Below, one piece after another: positions 38,736 to 48,100 of a stretch of 64,000 bases of DNA. Every line of letters begins with the position of its first letter. Position 1 is the first letter of the stretch. The notes under the pieces are model-generated. The model was not told the DNA's origin, searched no databases, and saw only the letters and a list, made by a program, of their open reading frames with translations. The translations under genes were made by a program, and so were the position numbers. This stretch comes from an uncultured Hyphomicrobiales bacterium (lineage in GTDB: Bacteria > Bacteroidota > Ignavibacteria > Kapaibacteriales > UBA2268): NCBI GenBank assembly GCA_964650885.1, contig CAZYXG010000004.1, positions 9,723 to 73,722 of the forward strand, given 5' to 3'.

Positions 38736-41000
38736 ATGGCAAAAGCTATATCTACTAAAGCGAAAGCAAGTACAAAAGCGGTGGCTACAAATGGTTCAGC
38801 TAAAAATGGTGCATTGGCAAAAAGCAATGGAACTGCTAAAAATGCAGTACCTGCTAGCAAGCCTGTGGCTGTTGCAAAAGCTACTACACCAAATGCTAAG
38901 AAAACAGTATCAGGAAAGTCTTTCAAAACTGTGAAAATGAATTATGGTGGAAAGGAAGTTACTGTAGATCTTACTTCTGAATACAATATGAAAGGTTTTT
39001 CTAAAGAAACTATTAAAAATTGGTATAAACTTGAACATTTAGGCAGACGCTTAGATGATAAAGCTGCCTTATATTTGAAAATGGCTAAGGGTTGGAGCTA
39101 CCATGCACCGTTTGCTGGACATGATGGTATTCAATTAGCATTAGGTCAAGTATTCCGCCCAAGTAAAGATTTCTTATTCCCTTATTATCGGGACTTTTTA
39201 ACCTCGCTTTCTGCTGGATTAACTCCAGAAGAAATCATCTTGAATGGTTTATCTAAAGATACAGACGTAGCTGGTGGTGGCCGACACATGAGTAACCACT
39301 TTGCCAAACCATCTATTAATGTACAGAATGTTTCTTCATGCACAGGGAATCATTCTCAGCATGCTGCAGGACTTGCTCGTGCGGTTAAGAAATATAAAGG
39401 CGATGAAGTTGTGTATTATTCGGGTGGAGAATCTGCTTGTGCTGAGGGTTATTTCTATGAAGCAATTGCTGCATCGGATTTAGATAAATCACCAGTAATC
39501 TATGTAATTCAAAACAACAAGTTTGGTATATCAGTTCCTTTGGAGCAGGTATCATCAAATTTGAATGTATCTGATAACTTTATTGGGTTCAAAAATTTAA
39601 AAATAATTCAATGCGATGGTAAAGATCCTTTTGACTCATTTAGAGCACTGGAAGAAGCTATCAAATATTGCAAGTCTGGCAAAGGCCCTGCTATGATCCA
39701 TGCTGAATGCGATAGAATTGGTTCTCACTCAAATTCAGATAAGCAAGATAACTATCGCATAGATGAAGAATTGCAAGCAGTTTATCGCAGAGATCCGTTG
39801 CTTCAGTTCCGTTATCACGTTTTGAACAATAAGATAATGACTGAAAAAGAGATTCTTGAAGTTGAAGAAGAAAACAAGCAAGCTATCTTTGAAGCTGCCG
39901 ATAAAGCAGAAGCTGCACCAAAAGCAGATGGAAACTCTTGGAGAGAATTTATATTCCCAGATCCTTATGTAACTAAGGAACAAAATACAGAAGTAGCGAT
40001 TGATCCCAATGCTCCAAAATTAACTTTCTTAGAAGGTATTAACTATGCCTTGAAACAAGAATTCAGACGTAATCCGAACACATTTATGTGGGGACAAGAC
40101 ATCGGTAAAGGTGGAGTGTTCAACGTAGTGAAAGGAATGCCACAAGAATTCGGTAAAGATAGAGTATTCAATGCAGCTATTGCAGAAGATATGATTGTTG
40201 GTACTGCAAATGGTTTCACACGTTATAGAGACGACATTAGAGTAGTAATTGAAGGTGCTGAATTTGCTGATTATTTCTGGCCAGCTATGGAGCAATATAT
40301 TGAGTTAGCTCATGAATACTGGAGAACACGTGGACAAAATACACCAAACGTAACGCTTAGATTAGCTTCTGGTGGTTATATACAAGGTGGATTATACCAC
40401 TCTCAAAACTTAGAAGCAACTTTAGCAACAGTTCCAGGTGTACGAATAGTGCAGCCAGCTTTCGCAGACGATGCAATCGGACTTATGAGAAACTGTGTCC
40501 GTTCTAAAGGACCTTCAATGTTCTTAGAGCCGAAATACCTTTATAACTTCAAAGCTGCGATGTCGCCAACGCCTCCAGATGACTTCATAATCCCTTTTGG
40601 TAAAGCAAAAGTACGCAGAAAAGGAGATGATATTACAATAGTAACTTATGGCACTGGTGTGCATTTAAGCATATTTGCTGCAGAAGAGTTAGAGAAAGAA
40701 GGCGTGAGCGTAGAAATTATAGATTTGCGTTCAATCATTCCTTGGGACAAAGAAACAGTCCTAGAAGCCGTAAAACGCACTGGCAGATGTATCGTAGTTC
40801 ATGAAGACAGAGTAACAGCTGGCTTTGGTGGAGAAATTTCATCGACTATAAATCAGTTTGCATTTAATTATTTAGATGCACCAGTTTTAAGAGTTGGTTC
40901 GAAAGATTGCCACGTAGGATTCGCAAAAGAATATGAAACAGCAGTTTTATTGAATGTGAAAGATGTAAAAGAGGCAGTCTTGGCAACAATGAAATTCTGA
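38736..41000 (+). CDS. 2-oxoacid (pyruvate/branched-chain) dehydrogenase E1 component, fused alpha+beta subunits, with a 67-aa K/A-rich N-terminal tail
   Basis: 754 aa. Alpha TPP motif ...YYSGGESACAEGYFYEAIAASDLDKSPVIYVIQNNKFGISVP. Beta transketolase-like GQDIGKGGVFNVVKGMPQEFGKDRVFNAAIAEDMIVGTANG. N-terminus MAKAISTKAKASTKAVATNGSAKNGALAKSNG... GGAG sits 8 nt upstream of the ATG. Confidence 0.8.
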   Translation: MAKAISTKAKASTKAVATNGSAKNGALAKSNGTAKNAVPASKPVAVAKATTPNAKKTVSGKSFKTVKMNYGGKEVTVDLTSEYNMKGFSKETIKNWYKLEHLGRRLDDKAALYLKMAKGWSYHAPFAGHDGIQLALGQVFRPSKDFLFPYYRDFLTSLSAGLTPEEIILNGLSKDTDVAGGGRHMSNHFAKPSINVQNVSSCTGNHSQHAAGLARAVKKYKGDEVVYYSGGESACAEGYFYEAIAASDLDKSPVIYVIQNNKFGISVPLEQVSSNLNVSDNFIGFKNLKIIQCDGKDPFDSFRALEEAIKYCKSGKGPAMIHAECDRIGSHSNSDKQDNYRIDEELQAVYRRDPLLQFRYHVLNNKIMTEKEILEVEEENKQAIFEAADKAEAAPKADGNSWREFIFPDPYVTKEQNTEVAIDPNAPKLTFLEGINYALKQEFRRNPNTFMWGQDIGKGGVFNVVKGMPQEFGKDRVFNAAIAEDMIVGTANGFTRYRDDIRVVIEGAEFADYFWPAMEQYIELAHEYWRTRGQNTPNVTLRLASGGYIQGGLYHSQNLEATLATVPGVRIVQPAFADDAIGLMRNCVRSKGPSMFLEPKYLYNFKAAMSPTPPDDFIIPFGKAKVRRKGDDITIVTYGTGVHLSIFAAEELEKEGVSVEIIDLRSIIPWDKETVLEAVKRTGRCIVVHEDRVTAGFGGEISSTINQFAFNYLDAPVLRVGSKDCHVGFAKEYETAVLLNVKDVKEAVLATMKF

Positions 41001-41146
41001 GAAAAAGTGTGCAATTGACTTGACAGAAAAGTGTAAGGTGTAAGAAAAATCTTACAGAAAAGTACCGAGAAAAAAAGTGTGAAGCAAACCTGACACTTTT
41101 TGCACATTTTGGCAAAAAACATATAAAATCACTAAAAAAAGTGAAA
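41001..41146. repeat. Cluster of short AAAAGTGT-type repeats (4 direct, 1 inverted) plus duplicated CTTGACAGAAAAGT / CTTACAGAAAAGT in the E1-TPR intergenic region
   Basis: GAAAAAGTGT (41001), ACAGAAAAGTGTAAGGTGTAAG (41024), ACAGAAAAGTACC (41053), GAAAAAAAGTGTGAAG (41069), inverted ACACTTTTT (41091) and AAAAAAAGTGAAAAT (41135). Seen directly in the sequence. Confidence 0.4.
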
Positions 41147-41150
41147 ATAA

Positions 41151-41194
41151 TCAAATCCCGAGTAGTAAAAAGTTGCTATTTCGGGATTTTGATT
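41151..41194 (+). terminator. Hairpin (possible weak terminator or attenuator) downstream of the E1 gene
   Basis: TCAAATCCCGA ... TCGGGATTTTGA form a roughly 10-bp stem with an 18-nt loop, then TTGATTATATTTTT. Confidence 0.3.
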
Positions 41195-41288
41195 ATATTT
41201 TTGAATGTCTTGGAATCTCATATTCCCAAGAATTCCTATTAGTGTTAAGTAAGAATGTTTAATTTACAACAAAATCAACGACTTAGAG

Positions 41289-42002
41289 ATGAGTGATAAA
41301 GAAATATTGAGAGAAGAAGAAATAGAAGAAATTGAAGGCGGAGAAGAAACTACGTCTGGAAGTGGCTTCCAAATGGGTAAAACCCTGTTATACACAATCA
41401 TTGCGGTTGTTTTGGTGGTAGCTGGAGTAGGTGGATACTATTTCTATAAATCAGGTGTGAAGAAAGATAGCATAGAGTCAACTAAAGCATTGACAAGAAT
41501 TATTCCTTTATACCAACAAAATCAGTTTGAAAAAGCTTTAATGGGCGATAACTCAATATTGATTGATAACAAACCACTAATGGGTTTGGTAGCAATTGCT
41601 GATAAATTTAAAAACGAAGTAGGCAAGCAAGCAGCAGTATATGCGGCAAACTCATTTATGTTTACAAACAAAATGAATGATGCTGAGAAATACTTCAAAA
41701 TGGCAGCCGAAGCTGAAGACAAACTAATTAAAGTAGCAGCATATTCTGGCTGGGCACAATGCCAAGAATTGCAAGGCAAATTTGCTGAAGCGGCTGATAA
41801 CTATTCTAAAGCAGCAGATATGAGTGAAACAGATAATTTCAAAGTTAAAAATATGCTTTTTGCAGGGCTATGCTTTGAGAAAGCAAATAATAAAGATAAA
41901 GCAGTTCAAAACTTTAAAGATGTGATTGGCACAAACAGAGTTTCTGAGTACGCAAGAGTTGCTAAAGGACGCTTAGCGTTGCTTGGCATAATTATTGATT
42001 AG
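41289..42002 (+). CDS. Membrane-anchored TPR-like protein (YfgM-like architecture)
   Basis: 237 aa. Acidic N-terminus MSDKEILREEEIEEIEGGEE, one TM helix LLYTIIAVVLVVAGVGGYYFY, then an alpha-helical TPR-like periplasmic domain. Same topology and size as E. coli YfgM. Confidence 0.55.
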   Translation: MSDKEILREEEIEEIEGGEETTSGSGFQMGKTLLYTIIAVVLVVAGVGGYYFYKSGVKKDSIESTKALTRIIPLYQQNQFEKALMGDNSILIDNKPLMGLVAIADKFKNEVGKQAAVYAANSFMFTNKMNDAEKYFKMAAEAEDKLIKVAAYSGWAQCQELQGKFAEAADNYSKAADMSETDNFKVKNMLFAGLCFEKANNKDKAVQNFKDVIGTNRVSEYARVAKGRLALLGIIID

Positions 42003-42144
42003 TACAATCTGTTGAAAGACATTGAAAATCAATAAAATGGCTAAAATCAGGATGATTGAAGCCAAGAATAATAAAAAAATAAATATGAAAATGAGAAATA
42101 ATAGTAATTTTTTAAAAAATAAAATTTTGTTCATCGGAGGTATT

Positions 42145-45100
42145 ATGCAACGATTTTATCGTTTGTTTTTATTGGCTATGATAGCTTTACTGGCAGTAAA
42201 TGTCGGTTTGGCTCAGAAGCCAATTGTGTACGTTTCGGGGAAACTCACCCCAAATAATGTAAGGACTTTCCAAAAGGATTCCCTTTACATTATTAATAAT
42301 GAGTATGTAGTAGGAGGAACTCTACTAATAGAGCCAGGTACGGAAGTTCAATTCTATCCAAATGGTAGATTGATTGACTCTACTGGTGGTCGTATCATCG
42401 CTGATGGTGATGCAAGTGCTGTTTATACACCTCAACCAAACAATGGTGGGTTAGACATGGATCCTATTGCAGGAGCAAGTCCGTTGAATCCATTAAATTG
42501 GTCTGGTTATGCAGACTTGAACTACTTTACTTACTCTAGTGGAACTGCTACAAACAGAAACACTATTAAAGTAAACACTGTTCGCGATTTGACTGTCCAC
42601 TCTACTAAAGAGAACATAGTATATAATGTCGTTATCGACAAGTCAACTAGAAGATTAAAGAATTTAACTCCAGGTTATGTTCTTGGTATTAATGAAGAAA
42701 TCATTCCTTTTGAAAAAGCAATGATGTTGCAAATTTCAAGAATGGTTAACGATCCAAATTCAGATGCCTTATTGAACAACAGACCTTGGAAAAGAATTAA
42801 AACTACAACTCAAACAACTGATATCGTAGATATTACTTCTGGACAAATTAAATTTAATGGACAAAACACAAATAACATTTCTCGTGAATGGGGACACATT
42901 GTAATCCTTCCAGGTGCAAGAGCTGCTTTCTTTAGAAATTGTAAATTTGAAGGTTTCAAAAAAGATACTACTGTAGATAGACTTCCTTATTATAATGTTA
43001 ATCAAGGTGGCGCTGGTGAAGTTGCTGCTTGGAGATCTGTAAACGAAAAATTAAAACAATTATCGAATGGTTCAGGTGGAGCGATTACATCGTTTTCTTC
43101 TAGAACTTGGTTGTTGAATGTAGAATTTAACAACAATAGAGCTTTCCGCCGTGGTGGTGCATTGCAATTATTGCAAGCTCCTAATGGTTTTCCAGGTTCA
43201 TTCGCAACTTTGAATGACTTGGTAGCTTCTGTTGGTGAATACGATTTAAATAAAAATCCAAATATTACTGATAAAGATGGATTGGCTTCTCAAATTTTAG
43301 CTAAACCAGAAGTAATAATACCTAGATTAAGTATGTTGGATGAAGCAGCTGGTACTACACCATTTGCAGTTGCTGCCTTAGAAACTAATGATAGAGATAG
43401 ACAAAACTGGGATGATGCTCGTTTGGCATTATACTTAGGTAGAATTAGAAATGTGAAATTTACTAACAACAAAGCTCAATTGAATAATGTTGGTATGGTT
43501 TCAGTTGGTATTCCACCTGTAACTCAAGTAACAGACATTTTGACTACTCCTGCTGCATTCCCAACTAACTACGGTAGTACTGTAGCTGGTGGTGCTTTGT
43601 ATATTTCAGGTAATGGAGAAATTCCTGGTACGTACGATGAAGCAAACTTAAATGAAACTGCAAACAGAATGATTGAAGTTGGTTTGGGTATTAATAATTC
43701 AATTAATATTTCAACAGGAACATTAACATTCCCTAATGCTGACTCATTTACTGCAACAAACAACGAAGCTAAAAACTATCAAAGTAATCCTTCTTCGCCA
43801 GGTGCGAATGGTGGAGCTATCTATGCTGGTGCTTACACTTCTTTAATAGTTGCTGGTAACTTTACTTCTAATAAAGCACAAGCTCCTTTTATGCAAAGTG
43901 ACGCTTTAAGTGTTGGTGCTGATAGATATGCTCGTGGTGGTGCGATTTTCGCTACTAACACACAAGCTAGATTGCAAGTAGTTGGTGGTAAATCAAGAGA
44001 TTTGATTAGCAACGCAACTTTATTTACACGTAACGAAGCTGCATCTGGTGGTGCAATTTATGTTTCTGGTAACTCTTCAACATACTCATCTCCAATCATT
44101 GGTGGTGCTGATAATACATTAGAAAGAAGAGATGTTGGATACAATATTCAATTTGATAACAATAAAGCATTAGTTTACGGTGGTGCAATTTACACATTGA
44201 GAAATATGTATGTAAATGGTGCTGGTGGAGCTACTCCAATTGAATTAATCGGTTATGATGATTTCAACAGAACTCGTTTTGTGAATAACACAGCTGGTTA
44301 TTCTGGTGGTGCGATTAGTATCAATATTCCTAATAACTCTATTTTACGTTCTTTCAATAGAAATATTGAATTCGTAAGAGCTTACTTTGGTAATAATACT
44401 GTAGGTAATGCAGTAAATAATACTAACGTAGCTGAAATTAGAGGTGGTGGTGCTGTTTATAATTTAAATGGTAACGTTGGCTTAATTAAAGGTACTGAAT
44501 TTAATGGTAATATCGTTTATAACTCAAACGGTGGTGCATTAACAACTGTTCACCCAGAACAATCACAAAGAAGATTTGTAATATCTGATTTGGATGTTGT
44601 AACTTATGAACCAGCTGCTGACGAAAACAACGTATTCTCAACAGACTTAATTCCTTCTTTTTATACAACTGCTGACGCTATATTTACAAAAGCACCTGGT
44701 GCTCCTTATCCAGCTGATGTAAGAATGATGACTAGATTTATTGGTAACAAAGCTTTAACTCCTGATGCAACTATATTAGCTGCTCAATCTGGTTCTGGTG
44801 TTACTCAAGTTGGATCTGGTACTTTAAAAACAACTGAACAATTGAAAGGGATGTTCTGGATTAACGAAACAACTGGTTATGCAGTTGGTGGAAACGGAAC
44901 AGTAATTAAATTTACAAACGGTGGTGACGAATGGAACTATGTTTCAACTGGCTCTACTGCAAACTTGAATGATGTATTCTTTACTAGTTCTAACGTTGGT
45001 TATATCGTTGGTAATCAAGGTACATTATTGAAAACAACTAATGGTGGTACTACTTGGTCTGCTATTAATGTTGATGTATTGACAGGTGGTTCTCCAGTTG

Positions 45101-48100
45101 TTAATACTTCTAACTTTACAAGCATTTCATTTGTTGGTTCTAACTCAGGTTATGTTACAACAAATAATGGTTATGTAATTAGAACTTCAGATGCTTTTGT
45201 ATCTAATTTCAATACAAATATTGATAACAATGGTATTCAAGCTAGCCCTCTGAATAATATTTACACTTCTGGTGTAGATAACTATACTGCAGTTGGTGAA
45301 GTTAAAACTATCTTGAAAAGAGATTTAGGATTCCCTTCTTTCACTTTCCAAGTTTCTCCAGTAAATGCTGTATTTAATACAGTATGGTACACTTCTTCTA
45401 CAAGAGGTTATATTGGTGGTACTAACGGTACTATCTTGAAAACTATCAATGGTGGTATAGACTGGAATCAAACAATCAACCCTGCAACTGGTACTATCGG
45501 TGCATTGACATTCGTATCTCCTTCTAAAGGATTTGCTGTTAATGGTTCTGGAAAAGTATTAACTACAGTTGATGCTGGTGATACATGGACAGAAATAACA
45601 GGTAACACAAACTTAAACGCATTGTATGATTTATCATTCCCAACGCCATCAATTGGTTTTGCAGTTGGTAATGCAGGTACATTGCTGAAATCAACTGATG
45701 CTGGCGCTACTTGGAAATCTGTTGGTCCAAATGATCAAAGTGTAGTTGATGTAGTAAGAAAACACAAAGGTACTGATTTGCCAGAAAATGGTATCGGTCT
45801 TGGTGGTGCAATTTACTTATTAGATAAAGCAAACATTGCAAGAATTGGTCGTAGAGATTCAATTCAGTTCAACCGTGTAAGAATGCAAAATAACGAATCT
45901 TATACAGGTTCTGTTATTTATTCTGATAACTACGATTTGAAATTGATTTTAAATAGAACATTGATTATTGGAAACAAAGCTAACTCTAAAGTTGGTGTAA
46001 CTCAAAATGTAATCACTGGTCCAATCGAAAGAGACAACACTGGTAGAGTAATTGCGAACAAAGCATCTTCAGATTTAGTACCTGCTACTATTTATGGTGA
46101 GATTCAAGGTCCATTGCCAAGTGCAAGTTTCTCTGTTGCAGCAAACTCAATTTATAACAATGATGCAAAATTCTTAATTAGATTACCAGATGCACCTAAT
46201 ACTAAAGGTGTATTGGCTGGAACATTGGGTCTTGGACTTGGTGGTACAGATACATTGCGTGGTAACTATTGGGGTCAAACTGAAGCTAACGTAATTTTGG
46301 AAATTCAAAATATCGTACTTGGTGCAGCGAAAACAACTCAAGAAACATTCTTTGTGGAAGGTAATGGTACTACAGTAATGAAATTTATTCCTACTGCTAC
46401 TACTAACTTAACTGAACAAGGTCCTTTTGAGTCAATTTCAAGATATGCTTACACTCCAATTCCATCTATGAATAATGTGAACAATGAAGATTTAGCAGCT
46501 GCTAATACTATTCCAGAAAACTTATTGCTTTCTGGTAAAGTATATGACATTTATGACAAAGGTACAGATGTTAAAACTGCTGATTATTCAAAACGCAGAA
46601 TGTCTCCAATTGAAGATTTCGCTGTTGGTATTGCACCAATTTCAAGAACTTATGCAGTAGCGAATACTCCTTCAAATGGTAAACACGTAAAAAGATACAT
46701 TCGTGATCCATTTGCAACTGAAGCATTATCATCTGGTACATTGACTAACCCTTGGTTAGCTTCTATGCAAGATGAATTTAGAAATGATGCAAATGGTAAT
46801 AGTTACCAACCATTAGGTATGCCTTTATTCTTAGAATCTAGAGTAAACTATGATGGTCTAATTGAAAATAGCAACCACGATCCATTGATGTTGAATGAAG
46901 CAGTTTACTTTGTAATCAACCAGACTTCTGGTGATTTAATTAGAGTAAACATGAGACAATTAAGTGAAGATGCACCAGGAAGAGAATTATTAAGAGCTAG
47001 AGTTGATTTAGTTCCAGATTCAACAATTTCTCCTGCAACTCCACTTGAAAGATACAATAGAGCATCTATAAGAAGAAGCGGTGAAGGAATTGCAAACTAT
47101 GGTATCGGAAGTGATATCTTGAACGCACTTTATAGAAACGCTGATAGAGAAGATAAAGCTGTTTTAGTTGGTAGAAAATATGATGCAAACATCACTGATT
47201 TTGCAAACGACGCATCTATATTCTCTAACAGACCAAGTATTACTGGTAAAGCAACTTATTTTGCTGGCGAGAGATACAGAGCATTGCCAGTTTGTGTTGG
47301 CGATAAAATTCAAATTTTATCAAGAACTGCACTTTGGAATCAAGGTATAGCAGCTGCAGATGCTGGTTCAATTACTTTTACAATTAGTAACTCAACTATG
47401 CCTCCAAGATTTACTGGAAACATTATTAGCTTGCAAAAAGATACAATTGTTAAAATTGTTCCTTCTGAATTGCAAAGCAAACGTCTTTTAGGTATTCCTG
47501 ATACTATTAGAATGGTTGAACTTTTGAATAAAAAATTCATCACAGAAGATAGATCTTACCCTAGAGTAAGAGGTACTTATAGCTCAACTACAACATTGCC
47601 AGAAAATGGTCGTGGTACTGACTCAATTTTGACTGTAACAGCTACTGATACAAACAAATTCTATGACCCACGTTCATTCTTTGCACCTGACAAATTCCCA
47701 AGATTAACTTATACTTGGAATGTTGACCCAACTTCTGGTTTGGCTAGATGGATGCAAGCAGATACAATTAAAGTAACAAATGTAGGAACTCCAAATGCGA
47801 ATAGCCAAAACCCAAGAGACTTGGCGTTAGGTTATATCAAATTTAGAGGTCAAGCAATTAATCCTTATGTTGTTCCTGGTGGTGAAGATGTAACTGTAAC
47901 TGCTGCTAACTATCCACCATCTTTCAGATTGTTGGATACGTTAAAATCTTATGGCGTTACTGACCAAAATATTTTAGATTACTCTGTAAATATTTATGGT
48001 AAATACTTCCATGCTCCAGTTTATGATAACATCAATGCAAGATACTTGCAACAAGATACAATCAACAGTGGTAAAAACTTTACAGTTTCTCACACATACA

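Noticed and set aside
41001-41146. Possible CRISPR-like or tandem repeat array
   Set aside because: The repeats are 8-13 bp and irregularly spaced, far too short for CRISPR. No cas genes are in the window. Kept as a regulatory-repeat finding instead.
42022-42144. Upstream extension of the giant ORF (MKINKMAKIRMIEAKNNKKINMKMRNNSNF...)
   Set aside because: A-rich, low-complexity leader. The ATG at 42145 has a consensus GGAGG SD at optimal spacing and begins a canonical signal peptide.
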